DNA of 64,000 bases from a candidate division WOR-3 bacterium (GTDB lineage Bacteria > Hydrothermota > Tepidihabitantia > B3-TA06), in NCBI GenBank assembly GCA_965649265.1, contig CBFGKC010000001.1, forward strand, positions 204,688-268,687, read 5' to 3'. A program made the translations under genes and the position numbers. Below the pieces are notes generated by a model. That model did not search any database, was not told where the DNA came from, and saw nothing but the letters and a program-made list of their open reading frames with translations. The first letter of the stretch is position 1, and every line of letters starts with the position of its first letter. Shown piece after piece: positions 1-10,268 of the stretch.

Positions 1-1311
1 CAAATACTGAGCAATGACCCCTCTTCCCCTTCTAATGAACCCGTCAAGCTCATAAAGGGCGACTGGCCTGATATCGATATCAATCCGTCGGAGCTCGTGT
101 TTGATATGCCTGCCGGCGGGGAACTTGAGGATTACTCCACTATCTATAATAAAGGCAGGGCCGAGCTCGTTGTATCCGGAGCAACCACATCCACCGCATG
201 GATTTCAGGGTTTGAGCCGAAGGATTTCAATCTTGCTGCCGGTGATTCAACAACCCTCGATGTGGTGATAGATACCACCGGTATGGGGTTCGGAACTTTT
301 GACGGGAAAATCACGTTTCCGACAAACGATCCGGATGAGAATCCGAAACAATACATGGTGCGCCTTGTCATGGGTGAACCGGACATTAAAACCTCTCCCG
401 ATACCCTTGATTTCTTTGTTTCCTATGAAACTCCCACAAGGAACGTAACAAGCGCCAACATGACCGTAAAAAATCAGGGAAACCGGCCGCTTTTCGTATC
501 AAACATGGTCCCATCTACTCAGTGGATTGAGATTGCAGAGCCAAAGGCGTTTGAATTGTCACCGCAATCGTCTAAAACCGTGAAAGTTTCAGTAAACCCC
601 CAGGATCTCAGGCAGGGTGTCTACAACGCTTACATAACCGTTTCCTCGAACGATCTGGATGAGCCTTCAAAAAGAGTTCCGGTTCTTCTTCTTATCGAGG
701 AGTCGCCTCCCAAGATCGCTTGCGCTCCTGATACAGTGATCGTCGACAGGGAAACGATGCACGGCTATTTCTGGGTACAAAATAGCGGAATGCGCGACTT
801 GATTGTCTCCAACATTTCGTCGGAGACCCCCTGGATATACGGGGCATGGCCGAAAGGATTTACCGTAAGGGGACAGGACAGCGCCCAGGTTACGGTCATT
901 GGTGATCCCTCAAAAATTTCAAGCGGGCCTAAGGTTGGAGCAATAAAAATCGTATCAAACGATACTCATGATCCTCAAAAGACTCTTCCGGTCAGGATAG
1001 GGGCGTCATCCGCCGTCGCCGAGGGTGTGCCGAAGGTTTTCGAGTTGTCTCAGGTATCTCCCAATCCCGCATCGGGACGATGCCTCGTGAGCTATGCTGC
1101 CCCGCGTGAAGCAGATGTACTTCTTGCCGTGTACGATGTTTCGGGCAAGAGAGTGAAGGTTATCGAAAGAGGCAAGGTTGTGCCCGGTTATTACCATTAT
1201 CTCTGGACTGGTGAAGATGATCTCGGGAGAGCTCTTCCGCAAGGCGTATACCTCATAAGAATGGAAAGTCCCGATTACAAGGCGACCCAGAGAATTATTC
1301 TTTTACGCTGA
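1..1311 (+). CDS. Secreted multi-Ig-domain (choice-of-anchor D/BACON-like) protein with C-terminal T9SS/FlgD-like domain; 5'-truncated by the window edge
   Basis: Frame is open from base 1. Repeated 'I.SND..P...VPV' Ig-like units; C-terminal 'PNPASG...VYDVSGKRVK...W.G.D..GR.LPQGVYLIR'. Confidence 0.75.
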   Translation, partial: QILSNDPSSPSNEPVKLIKGDWPDIDINPSELVFDMPAGGELEDYSTIYNKGRAELVVSGATTSTAWISGFEPKDFNLAAGDSTTLDVVIDTTGMGFGTFDGKITFPTNDPDENPKQYMVRLVMGEPDIKTSPDTLDFFVSYETPTRNVTSANMTVKNQGNRPLFVSNMVPSTQWIEIAEPKAFELSPQSSKTVKVSVNPQDLRQGVYNAYITVSSNDLDEPSKRVPVLLLIEESPPKIACAPDTVIVDRETMHGYFWVQNSGMRDLIVSNISSETPWIYGAWPKGFTVRGQDSAQVTVIGDPSKISSGPKVGAIKIVSNDTHDPQKTLPVRIGASSAVAEGVPKVFELSQVSPNPASGRCLVSYAAPREADVLLAVYDVSGKRVKVIERGKVVPGYYHYLWTGEDDLGRALPQGVYLIRMESPDYKATQRIILLR

Positions 1312-1384
1312 GAGGTAAAAAAACCGCAAAGCCTGATCGCAAACAGATCCGGCAGCGACAATGGTTAGAGGAGAACTTGTTAGG

Positions 1385-1413
1385 TTGACACAGAGGCCGT
1401 TTCCGAGTATCCT
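1385..1413 (+). promoter_or_regulatory. sigma70-type promoter of the sucC operon
   Basis: TTGACA-N17-TATCCT upstream of the sucC GTG. Confidence 0.55.
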
Positions 1414-1433
1414 TAAAGCCACCAAGGATAAAA

Positions 1434-2576
1434 GTGAAATTACTGGAATATCAAGCTAAGGATTTTTTCAACAAGGCTGGGATACCAACCCCAAGAGAAA
1501 AGCTCGTGCTTACGAAAGCCGAAGCATTGATAGCTGCAAAGGAGCTGGGCCTGCCTTGCGTGCTTAAGGCACAAGTAGGAGTCGGTGGACGTGGAAAGGC
1601 GGGAGGCGTTAAACTGGCCAAGACAAACCAAGAGGTCGAAAAGTATGCCGAAGCTATCATCGGCATGGATATTAAGGGCGAACGCGTCGAGCGTCTCCTC
1701 TGCTCCGAAGCCGTCGACTTCAAAACCGAGTTCTATGCGAGCTTCACGACCGACCGTGCGAATCGCAAGCTTGTCATGATGGTTTCGCCAGCCGGCGGTG
1801 TAGACATCGAAGAAGTCGCGCGCAAAACGCCCGAGCGTATCCTCAAAATTCCCGTAGATCCCCTTATCGGCCTTGCATCTTATCAAACTCGCAATGCGGC
1901 TTCCTTCCTCTCAAAAGATACCGAGATTCAAAAGCAGATCGTCACAGTTCTTACCAAGCTTTATGCGATGTATGAGAAAAACGACCTTTCGCTTGCGGAG
2001 ATAAACCCGCTCGTCGTAACGTCCGACGGTAAGGTGATCGCCCTTGACGCTAAAGTCATCATCGACGACAATGCCTTGTTCCGTCACCCGGATTTTGAGA
2101 CCTACAGGATTCTTTCTCCCGACGAAGCGCTCGAGGAAGAGGCAAAGTCAAAAGGGCTGTCTTACATCAAACTGTCGGGCAGCGTGGGCTGTATCGTGAA
2201 CGGCGCCGGCCTCGCCATGGCCACGATGGACCTCATCAAACATTTCGACGGAGAACCTGCCAACTTCCTTGACGTCGGCGGGTCATCCTCTCCTCAAAAG
2301 ATGCTGGCTGCAATCGATCTCGTGACACGCGACCCGAACGTAAAAGCAGTATTCGTCAACATCTTCGGCGGAATCACACGCTGCGACGATATCGCCAGGG
2401 GCCTTCTTGAAGCGATCACCGCGAACCCCCTCCCCCTCCCTGTTGTCGTGAGGCTCACCGGAACCAACGAACAGGAAGCCCTCAAGATGCTGGAAGGCAC
2501 TTCCTTCATCCCCGCAATCGACATGGCCGACGGCGCAAAAAAAGCGATAAACTCTGCAAAGGGAAAGGGTCGCTGA
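1434..2576 (+). CDS. sucC: Succinyl-CoA ligase (ADP-forming) beta subunit
   Basis: [42 protein letters not shown] motifs. Confidence 0.95.
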   Translation: MKLLEYQAKDFFNKAGIPTPREKLVLTKAEALIAAKELGLPCVLKAQVGVGGRGKAGGVKLAKTNQEVEKYAEAIIGMDIKGERVERLLCSEAVDFKTEFYASFTTDRANRKLVMMVSPAGGVDIEEVARKTPERILKIPVDPLIGLASYQTRNAASFLSKDTEIQKQIVTVLTKLYAMYEKNDLSLAEINPLVVTSDGKVIALDAKVIIDDNALFRHPDFETYRILSPDEALEEEAKSKGLSYIKLSGSVGCIVNGAGLAMATMDLIKHFDGEPANFLDVGGSSSPQKMLAAIDLVTRDPNVKAVFVNIFGGITRCDDIARGLLEAITANPLPLPVVVRLTGTNEQEALKMLEGTSFIPAIDMADGAKKAINSAKGKGR

Positions 2577-3445
2577 TGGCTATTTTTGTAGATAAGGATA
2601 CTAAAGTACTGGTTCAAGGCATCACCGGTCGCGACGGTCTTTTTCACGCCGTCAAAATGAGGGAGTACGGCACTCAAGTAGTCGGAGGAGTCACACCCGG
2701 CAAGGGCGGGCAAACGTTCGAGGGCTTTCACGTTTTCGACTCAATGCACGAAGCAGTCGGTAAAACCGGCGCCGACACATCCATCATCTTCGTACCCGAA
2801 CGGTTCGCGAGGGATGCAATAATTGAGGCCGCCGACTCAGGCATAAAACTCGTCGTCTGTATCACTGAGGGTGTACCGGTATTCGACATGCTAAAGGTCG
2901 TAAGCTATCTTTCAAAACTCGGGACTAAACTGATCGGACCCAACTGCCCCGGAGTGATCTCCCCCGGAAAGGCAAAAGTCGGCATCCTGCCCGGTCACAT
3001 CTTCAAGGAGGGAGGGGTCGGCGTCGTTTCGCGTTCAGGCACTCTCACCTACGAACTCGTGAGTCACATAACGAACGCAGGACTCGGCCAGTCCACATGC
3101 GTGGGGATAGGCGGAGATCCCGTAATAGGCTCCAACTTCCTCGACGTGCTCAAACTCTTTCGCGATGACCCCGAGACGCAAGCTGTCGCCCTCGTCGGAG
3201 AAATAGGAGGTTCAGACGAGGAGGAGGCGGCGCGATTCATAAAGGAAGAGCTGGGGAAACCCGCCGTCGCTTTCATTGCAGGCAGAACCGCACCCAAGGG
3301 AAAGCGCATGGGTCATGCAGGTGCAATAATCTCGGGTTCAAGCGGAACTGCCGAGGAAAAAGTTGCGGCTCTAACGGCAGCGGGGATTCCTGTTGCGGGT
3401 GAACCCCGGGAAATAGCTTCTCTTCTCAAGGAAGTAATCAAATGA
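2576..3445 (+). CDS. sucD: Succinyl-CoA ligase alpha subunit
   Basis: [27 protein letters not shown] phospho-His motif. Confidence 0.96.
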   Translation: MAIFVDKDTKVLVQGITGRDGLFHAVKMREYGTQVVGGVTPGKGGQTFEGFHVFDSMHEAVGKTGADTSIIFVPERFARDAIIEAADSGIKLVVCITEGVPVFDMLKVVSYLSKLGTKLIGPNCPGVISPGKAKVGILPGHIFKEGGVGVVSRSGTLTYELVSHITNAGLGQSTCVGIGGDPVIGSNFLDVLKLFRDDPETQAVALVGEIGGSDEEEAARFIKEELGKPAVAFIAGRTAPKGKRMGHAGAIISGSSGTAEEKVAALTAAGIPVAGEPREIASLLKEVIK

Positions 3446-3693
3446 AACTTAATCGTAAGAATTTTGAGTCCACTGTTACAGAAGAGCCGAGAGGATCGAT
3501 TAAGATCTACAAAGGCCTCTGCAAGGGCTGTGAGATATGCGTTTCACTTTGCCCGAAGGGGATTCTAGCCATCGATGACGACTTGAAGGTTCACGTGGTA
3601 AATCCCAAGGATTGCATTGTGTGCATGATGTGCGAGTGGCACTGTCCCGACTTTGCCATCTTCATAGAGAAGAAGGAGTCTGTAAAATCATGA
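3442..3693 (+). CDS. korD: 2x[4Fe-4S] ferredoxin, 2-oxoacid:ferredoxin oxidoreductase delta subunit
   Basis: Two CxxCxxCxxxCP motifs; position in the operon. Confidence 0.85.
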   Translation: MKLNRKNFESTVTEEPRGSIKIYKGLCKGCEICVSLCPKGILAIDDDLKVHVVNPKDCIVCMMCEWHCPDFAIFIEKKESVKS

Positions 3694-4838
3694 GCAAGGC
3701 CAAATCCCAGAAATCCGCAGGCACCGAAACGGCTGTCCGGAGAAGGCTGGTTTCAGGTAATGAGGCGTGCGCCGAGGCCGCGATTGCGGCAGGAGTGCGG
3801 TTTTTCGCGGGTTATCCGATTACTCCCTCCACAGAGGTTGCCGAGAGAATGGCCGAAGAGTTGCCCAAGCTCGGAGGAATGTTCATCCAGATGGAGGATG
3901 AAATAGCGAGCATAATGGCCATTGTAGGCGCATCGGCCGCAGGTGTCCCCTCGATGACCGCAACGTCCGGGCCCGGCTTCTCACTCATGCAGGAGGGACT
4001 CGGTTACGCCGCGATAACGGAGGTTCCGATAGTCCTCGTGAACGTGATGCGAGGCGGACCGGCAACAGGCCTTCCCACGAAAGGCGCTCAGGGCGATTTC
4101 CAGCAGGCGCGCTGGGGTACTCACGGGGATCATCCAGTCGTAGTGCTCACTCCCAGAGGTGTCGAGGAGTGTTTCAAGCTTACGGTTAGGGCGGTAGATA
4201 TTTCCGAAAGACTCAGGGTGCCCGTGATTGTGCTGACGGACGAATTCGTCGGGCACATGAGAGAGATAGTAACGCTTCCTGATAAGGTCGAGGTTTACCA
4301 CAGACAGCGACCCAGAGTTACGCCTGAAGAGTATCTGCATTACTCCGACGATAACAGCTTTAACGCGCCTTATGCCAGCTTCGGCGACGGGTATTCAATA
4401 CATCTTACGGGTCTTACCCACCGTCAGGACGGCTTTCCTATAAACGATGCAGCATCCATAGCGTGGAACAACGAAAGACTGCGCCGCAAGATAGAGGACA
4501 ACCTTGCATTCCTTGAAGACAACTTCATTGATGACGATCCTGAAGCGGATACGTTGATTGTCGCATTCGGTTCCTCCGCACGAAGCGCTTACGAGGCAAA
4601 ACTTCTATGGGATAAGCCTCTCGCGTACATTCGTCTCCTCACGGTCTGGCCGTTTCCGGATGCAACTGTAAGAAGACTTGCCCATGGCCGCAAGCGTGTT
4701 CTCGTCCCCGAAATGAACGACGGGCAGTTCTGCCGAGAGGTGGAACGCTGTATCGATTCCAGGGTCGAGCTTGTTTCAGTAAAACGCAACGACGGCTCAA
4801 TGCTTACACCACAAGAAGTACTGGAGGCTTTAAGATGA
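3690..4838 (+). CDS. korA: 2-oxoacid (probably 2-oxoglutarate):ferredoxin oxidoreductase alpha subunit
   Basis: GYPITPS, QMEDE, TATSGPG, RGGP motifs; ATG at 3690 after AAGGAG. Confidence 0.9.
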   Translation: MSKAKSQKSAGTETAVRRRLVSGNEACAEAAIAAGVRFFAGYPITPSTEVAERMAEELPKLGGMFIQMEDEIASIMAIVGASAAGVPSMTATSGPGFSLMQEGLGYAAITEVPIVLVNVMRGGPATGLPTKGAQGDFQQARWGTHGDHPVVVLTPRGVEECFKLTVRAVDISERLRVPVIVLTDEFVGHMREIVTLPDKVEVYHRQRPRVTPEEYLHYSDDNSFNAPYASFGDGYSIHLTGLTHRQDGFPINDAASIAWNNERLRRKIEDNLAFLEDNFIDDDPEADTLIVAFGSSARSAYEAKLLWDKPLAYIRLLTVWPFPDATVRRLAHGRKRVLVPEMNDGQFCREVERCIDSRVELVSVKRNDGSMLTPQEVLEALR

Positions 4839-5677
4839 GTTCCAGCCCTTCCTCAGCTGTACCTAAAATCCATTCCTATCTCAGGATGGACGACAGATTC
4901 CCGCATGTCTGGTGTCCCGGCTGCGGGATAGGTATCATGTTCGGCGCTCTGATCCGCGCGATAGATGATCTCAAAATTCCGCGTGAGAAAATGGTTCTTG
5001 CTTCCGGAATAGGATGCACGTCAAGAATGCCGGGTTATCTTGATTCGGATACGTTCCACGTGCTCCACGGTCGCTCTCTTGCCGCCGCCGCAGGCGTCAA
5101 GCTGGCGCGCCCCGACATGGAAGTCGTCGCCGTGGGCGGTGACGGGGATATGCTTGCAATTGGTGGGAACCACTTCATCCACGCTGCGAGACGGAATGTA
5201 GGAATCACCTGCATCGTACTCAACAACTACACCTACGGAATGACCGGAGGTCAGCAGTCTCCTACCACACCAGAGGATATGTTTGCCTCGACCGCTCCCT
5301 ACGGTGTCATCGACGAACCTGCGGACGCGTGTTCTCTTGCCGCCGCCGCAGGGGCCGCATTCGTTGCCCGCACAACCGTTTTCAACTACGTTCAACTGGA
5401 GCGATTCATAAAAAGGGCTATCTCTCACAAGGGCTTTCGTCTTGTCGAGGTCGCGGCGCAGTGCCCCACGTTGTTCGGACGCATGAATCGCATGGGCAGC
5501 CCGAAGGACCTTCTGAATTGGATAAAGGATCGTACGGTCAGCATCGAGACGGCAGCCAAGATGAACAAGGTCGAGTTAGAGAATCGCATCGTCACCGGCG
5601 TATTCGTGGACAGGGATGTTGAGAGTTACCATGAGCGCTATCAACGTTTGATAGAGAAGGTGAAACATGCGGACTGA
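4835..5677 (+). CDS. korB: 2-oxoacid:ferredoxin oxidoreductase beta subunit
   Basis: WCPGCG, GIGC, GDGD...NN TPP motif, YGMTGGQ. Confidence 0.9.
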   Translation: MSSSPSSAVPKIHSYLRMDDRFPHVWCPGCGIGIMFGALIRAIDDLKIPREKMVLASGIGCTSRMPGYLDSDTFHVLHGRSLAAAAGVKLARPDMEVVAVGGDGDMLAIGGNHFIHAARRNVGITCIVLNNYTYGMTGGQQSPTTPEDMFASTAPYGVIDEPADACSLAAAAGAAFVARTTVFNYVQLERFIKRAISHKGFRLVEVAAQCPTLFGRMNRMGSPKDLLNWIKDRTVSIETAAKMNKVELENRIVTGVFVDRDVESYHERYQRLIEKVKHAD

Positions 5678-6212
5678 GGTCAGACTTTCCGGCAGGGGGG
5701 GGCAGGGTCTCATCCTTTCGGGTATTATACTCGCCGAGGCTTGCGGTGTATACGAGAACAAGGAGGTTGTCCAGACACAAAGTTACGGTCCCGAAGCGCG
5801 CGGCGGTGCGTCTCGCTCAGAGGTAGTAATTTCCGAAAACCAGATACGGTATCCATACGCATATGACCCGGACATACTGGTCGCTCTTTCCCAGCCTGCA
5901 TTCGACAGATTCGCACCGTCCATGAAAAAGGATGGACTCATCTTTGCCGATTCCTTCTACGTTCATACCGACCGCAAGGACGTCGTGCTGGCGCCGTTTT
6001 CCGAAACCGCACGTGCGGAGTTGGGACGCGAAGTCGTGGCCAACATAGTTATGTTAGGTGCTCTCTCCTCAACAACCAGGATTGTTACCCTCGATTCGTT
6101 AAAAAAGGCTATCACGCACCGCGTGCGCAGCGTCTTTCTCGAATTGAATCTCAAGGCGCTTGATGCCGGTTACAAACTTGGTGGGGAGATATGGAAAAAA
6201 CGCTCCTCTTAA
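5667..6212 (+). CDS. korC: 2-oxoacid:ferredoxin oxidoreductase gamma subunit
   Basis: GRGGQG, YGPEARGG motifs. Confidence 0.9.
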   Translation: MRTEVRLSGRGGQGLILSGIILAEACGVYENKEVVQTQSYGPEARGGASRSEVVISENQIRYPYAYDPDILVALSQPAFDRFAPSMKKDGLIFADSFYVHTDRKDVVLAPFSETARAELGREVVANIVMLGALSSTTRIVTLDSLKKAITHRVRSVFLELNLKALDAGYKLGGEIWKKRSS

Positions 6213-6607
6213 TAAAGCCGGACGTAGTGGCGCGGAACAAGATAGGTGAGATTCTTGCCGGGGTTGAGGCGCAGGGTTTCGTGATTCTCGGTCTCAAGCA
6301 TCTCATACTCTCGCCGCAGGAAGCGGAGTTGTTCTACGAGGTTCACAAGGGAAAAGATTTTTTCGACGGACTGATCGAGTACATGACATCAGGTCCCATC
6401 ATCGCCTGTTGCTTGAGCCGAGAAGACGCTGTTCATAAACTCCGCGAAATAGTCGGCGATACCGATCCCGTAAAAGCCTTACCTGGTACGCTTCGAGCGC
6501 TTTACGGCGAAAGCATCGAGCGCAACGGGGTACACGCCTCGAATCCAAATGAGGATCCGAGGAACGAGGTTGATTTCTTTTTTTCTACCCATGAATTGTT
6601 ATCGTAA
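6191..6607 (+). CDS. ndk: Nucleoside diphosphate kinase
   Basis: IKPD, GDTDP, PGTLR, NGVHAS. Confidence 0.95.
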   Translation: MEKTLLLIKPDVVARNKIGEILAGVEAQGFVILGLKHLILSPQEAELFYEVHKGKDFFDGLIEYMTSGPIIACCLSREDAVHKLREIVGDTDPVKALPGTLRALYGESIERNGVHASNPNEDPRNEVDFFFSTHELLS

Positions 6608-6618
6608 GGAGGAGTAAG

Positions 6619-7074
6619 ATGTCAAAAGAACAAGTACTCAGGTTTCTTAAGATCGTCTTTGTTACGGCGGCAATGCTCCTTGTCACGGTTTGCATCGGGC
6701 CGATACTTACCGACAGTTACGAGCCGAACGACTCCATAGATCAGGCGGCTTCGATATCCCTTGGATCCATTCAAGCCACCATTGAGCCGTCGGACGATGA
6801 GGATTACTACAAGGTCGTTCTATCAGGTTCCGATCAGGTGAATGTTTCCTATTCTCTCAGCGTTCCCTCAGTACTCATGCCTGAGATTACATTCTACAAT
6901 TCATCCCAGACTTTCCTCGATACGAAAAGGGCAGATACATCCGGACAGTCTCTTTCGGGCACAATATCGACACCGGCTGGGGATTTCTACATAAGGGTTC
7001 GAACCTTTGATTACTCCACATCCGACACCAGTTACACATTGACCCTTAACGAGACTTCTACTGCAAAACGTTGA
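6619..7074 (+). CDS. Exported/lipoprotein with PPC-like (pre-peptidase C-terminal) domain
   Basis: Signal peptide with Cys; 'DSYEPND...A', 'DEDYY', 'YTL' motifs. Confidence 0.6.
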   Translation: MSKEQVLRFLKIVFVTAAMLLVTVCIGPILTDSYEPNDSIDQAASISLGSIQATIEPSDDEDYYKVVLSGSDQVNVSYSLSVPSVLMPEITFYNSSQTFLDTKRADTSGQSLSGTISTPAGDFYIRVRTFDYSTSDTSYTLTLNETSTAKR

Positions 7075-7089
7075 GGTAATAAGAGTCCG

Positions 7090-7977
7090 CTAGATTAAAG
7101 AAATACTTTTGAGGGTCCTGCTTAAGGCGACGTGCGCGGTTATGGCGAGACCTGCCGCAACCCAGAGCAGGGTTTTTAGAAAAGAGCCCGGATGTTTATG
7201 TTTCACAAGATAACGATAAATGCCCTTGTAATGATGCATTTTTACATAAGTTCGGTCGATTCCCTGGATGTTTTCCCCTACGTGATGTACGGCCGACGTC
7301 ACCGGAACGAACCATGTAACGTAGCCGAGTTCGGCAGATCGTTTGCATAAATCCATATCTTCTACATAGAAAAAAAATCCCTCGTCAAATCCTCCAAGCG
7401 TTTCAAACAATTCACGCTTGATCATAAGAAACATTCCGGTGCAAACATCAACGGGTCTCGGTTTGTCAAATGAAATGTCCATATAAAGGTAGCGCTTGAT
7501 CCATGGATTTCGTGGGAAGAGTCTGGTAAGAAGGCTTTTGCGACCGAAGATGAAATCGGCATAACCGGGAAAACGCCGGATGGTTTCCTGGATCCTCCCG
7601 TCAGGATACAGTATTCTTCCCGAAGCTATTCCGCGGCTTGAATCTTTCTCGAGAAAATCAAAAACCTCTAAGATAGCATTTTCTGTGATTTCTGAATCCT
7701 GGTTCAAGAAAAGAAGTGACTTACCTCTGGCAAATCTGGACGCGTAGTTGCAGGCGTAAGCGAAGCCGGTGTTTCGTCCTAGAAAAAAAAATTTCACCCA
7801 GGGGTAGTTTTTTTTCGCTTTTTCAACCTGCCCGTCTCTCGAACCGTTGTCGACCACTATAACCTCAACATCCCGTCTGGGGATAGATGTCAGGCATTTA
7901 GAAAGCAGATTTCCGGGATTATATGCGGGGATTATTACAGATACACTTGGGCGGGAGCTCTTTTTACTTTTGAGCAT
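7090..7977 (-). CDS. GT2 family glycosyltransferase (rhamnosyltransferase-like)
   Basis: VIIPAYN, VVDNGS, NTGFA, GGFDEGFFFYVEDMD. Confidence 0.85.
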   Translation of the reverse strand: MLKSKKSSRPSVSVIIPAYNPGNLLSKCLTSIPRRDVEVIVVDNGSRDGQVEKAKKNYPWVKFFFLGRNTGFAYACNYASRFARGKSLLFLNQDSEITENAILEVFDFLEKDSSRGIASGRILYPDGRIQETIRRFPGYADFIFGRKSLLTRLFPRNPWIKRYLYMDISFDKPRPVDVCTGMFLMIKRELFETLGGFDEGFFFYVEDMDLCKRSAELGYVTWFVPVTSAVHHVGENIQGIDRTYVKMHHYKGIYRYLVKHKHPGSFLKTLLWVAAGLAITAHVALSRTLKSISLI

Positions 7978-8013
7978 GCCCGGTTTTCCAGTTCAACCTT
8001 AAACGAATCAGGG

Positions 8014-8751
8014 CTATCTCCAGAATCTTAAATGGGGAACAAGGAAGAGAGCCTGCCACACGATTCGACGATTGAGTTTCGAAACGCCGACGCGACGATC
8101 CTTGAAGGTAATAGGAATCTCCCGAACCTTGAAACCGGCAAGCCATACCCTGTAGTCGATTTCGATCTGGAACCCGTAGCCGTCGGCGGAAATATTATCC
8201 AATCGTATCTGGCGGAAAATCTTCGTGTGGTAGCATTTGAATCCGGCGGTCATATCCTTTATTGGTGCCCCGGTAATGAATCTTGCGTAGATATTTGCAT
8301 ACTTGGAAAGGAACTTTCGTTTAGGAGGCCAATCTACCACCTCCCCCCCTGGAATGTAGCGAGAACCGATTATCAAATCCGCACCGTCATTCAGCCGCTC
8401 GACGAAGCTGGGCAGGTCACGAGGGTCATGAGAGAAATCGGCGTCCATCTCAAAAGCGTAGTCGTATCCATTTTCGAGCGCCCACTCGAACCCTCTAATA
8501 TAGGCCGTTCCGAGTCCGAGTTTGCCGGGTCTTTCAATGAGAAAGAGTTTCTTATCTGTTTTCATTCTCTCTTTCACCACCTGTGCGGTACCGTCGGGCG
8601 AGCCGTCGTCAATCACAAGTATGTCTGCTTGTGGCAGATGCAGATGTACGGCGTCGAGTATTCCGTAACGAGAAGAATCACGCTCGCCGCCCGAACGCGG
8701 CATAATGTTATCTTTTTCGTTATATGTCGGGATAATCACCACGCCTTTCAT
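8014..8751 (-). CDS. Polyprenol-monophosphomannose synthase (DPM1-like GT2)
   Basis: IPTYNE, DDGSPDGT, GLGTAY, MDADFSH, GSRY. Confidence 0.88.
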   Translation of the reverse strand: MKGVVIIPTYNEKDNIMPRSGGERDSSRYGILDAVHLHLPQADILVIDDGSPDGTAQVVKERMKTDKKLFLIERPGKLGLGTAYIRGFEWALENGYDYAFEMDADFSHDPRDLPSFVERLNDGADLIIGSRYIPGGEVVDWPPKRKFLSKYANIYARFITGAPIKDMTAGFKCYHTKIFRQIRLDNISADGYGFQIEIDYRVWLAGFKVREIPITFKDRRVGVSKLNRRIVWQALFLVPHLRFWR

Positions 8752-8802
8752 TCCTTATTTTATTCGAGTTATAGAATTTGTCAATTGCAAAAATGCGTAG
8801 CT

Positions 8803-8830
8803 TGACATGAGACAGATTCTTGCTATCATT
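8803..8830 (+). promoter_or_regulatory. sigma70-type promoter of the rpsP operon
   Basis: TTGACA-N16-TATCAT. Confidence 0.6.
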
Positions 8831-8872
8831 AAGGTTATTGAAAAACGAGAACTAGACACATAAGGAGATAGA

Positions 8873-9226
8873 TTGGTCAAGATTCGTCTAAAACGAATTG
8901 GTGCGAATAAAAATCCACATTATCGGATTGTTGTAACCGACGCTCGTAAGGCACGTGATGGAGCTTATATCGAGGCGATCGGTAACTACGACCCGCGCGG
9001 TGTTCAGACGTTTGCTCTGAATGAAGCAAGGCTTGAGTACTGGCTTACAAAGGGTGCAGAAATGTCGCCTCGAGTCACGGCGCTTATGCGCCGCAGCAAA
9101 AAGGAACTCAAAACGTCTGGCGCACTTCCCAACGCAGAGGAGGAGGCATCTAACCCTCATGCGGACACCTCCCTCGACACCGGGGAAAAACCTAAAGCTG
9201 AAATCGAATCCAGTGAAGGAGGATAA
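8873..9226 (+). CDS. rpsP: 30S ribosomal protein S16 (TTG start, acidic C-terminal extension)
   Basis: VKIRLKR.G...P.YRIVV.D.R..RDG. Confidence 0.96.
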   Translation: MVKIRLKRIGANKNPHYRIVVTDARKARDGAYIEAIGNYDPRGVQTFALNEARLEYWLTKGAEMSPRVTALMRRSKKELKTSGALPNAEEEASNPHADTSLDTGEKPKAEIESSEGG

Positions 9227-9228
9227 CA

Positions 9229-9459
9229 ATGAAGGAACTATTGGAATACATGGTTAAGGCACTGGTAGACAATCCGAACAACGTTGTCATCGATGAGATA
9301 GCCGGCGAGAAAACGATCATTTACGAACTTCGGGTCGGCGAAGGCGATCTGGGCAAGGTCATAGGTAAGGAAGGCCGGATGGCAAAGGCGATCCGGACGA
9401 TTCTTACCGCCGCTTCGATGAAGAAGGGCAAAAGAGCCCAGCTCGAAATAATAGAGTAA
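9229..9459 (+). CDS. khpA: KH-domain RNA-binding protein KhpA
   Basis: MKELL..MVKALVD.P, DLGKVIGKEGR; directly after rpsP. Confidence 0.92.
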   Translation: MKELLEYMVKALVDNPNNVVIDEIAGEKTIIYELRVGEGDLGKVIGKEGRMAKAIRTILTAASMKKGKRAQLEIIE

Positions 9460-9482
9460 CGTCCTCCATTCGAGGAGGTTTC

Positions 9483-10268
9483 CTGCAGATTACGATCCTT
9501 TCGTGCTTGCCCGAGTATCTGGGAAGCCCCCTTTCAGAGGGTCACGTAAGGATCGCTCAAGAGAAAGGGTTGGTGGAGGTGAAAGTAGTAAATGTGAGGG
9601 ATTATGCGCAGGATTCGTATCGTACGGTAGACGACGAACCCTACGGTGGAGGAGGAGGGATGGTTCTGAAAGTAGAGCCTGTGTGGCGGGCACTCTTCTC
9701 CCTGGGGGCCTTTAATGAGGAGGGTGAGAGGGAAAAAGACAATAAGGGTAGTCTACCGCAAGAGAAACCCTGGGTTGTGTTGCCTACACCAAAGGGTACA
9801 AGGCTGAGGCAAGATGATTTTGAAAGGCTAAGCACAAAAGGTCATCTCGTGTTTCTCTGCAGCCGGTACAAGGGGATAGATGAACGCATACGCGAGATGG
9901 TCGACGAGGAGTGTTCGCTTGGAGATTACGTTATCGGCGGCGGCGAGGCTGCTGCGATAGTAATGATAGAAGGAATAATTCGACTCCTTCCAGGAGTAGT
10001 TGGTGCGCAAGAGTCCATAGAAACAGATTCATACACGTCTGGACTTCTTTCGGCACCGACTTATACGAGGCCTGAGGAGTTCAAAGGCAAGCGTGTTCCC
10101 GAGGTCCTGTTGTCGGGGCATCATGCCCGAATTCAAAGCTGGCGACGCAGCCAGGCTCTGGCGTTGACCTTAAGGCGCAGACCGGATTTGCTCGCGGCAG
10201 CCCAGCTTAGCGATGAAGATAAAAAATTGCTTTCGGAGGTTATAGGTGAACAAACTCGTAGAGATTGA
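9483..10268 (+). CDS. trmD: tRNA (guanine37-N1)-methyltransferase, probable CTG start
   Basis: VDDEPYGGGGGMV, RYKGIDER, SLGDYV, YTRP, LLSGHH. An in-frame CTG at 9483 after GAGGAGG restores the N-terminal strand. Confidence 0.93.
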   Translation: MQITILSCLPEYLGSPLSEGHVRIAQEKGLVEVKVVNVRDYAQDSYRTVDDEPYGGGGGMVLKVEPVWRALFSLGAFNEEGEREKDNKGSLPQEKPWVVLPTPKGTRLRQDDFERLSTKGHLVFLCSRYKGIDERIREMVDEECSLGDYVIGGGEAAAIVMIEGIIRLLPGVVGAQESIETDSYTSGLLSAPTYTRPEEFKGKRVPEVLLSGHHARIQSWRRSQALALTLRRRPDLLAAAQLSDEDKKLLSEVIGEQTRRD

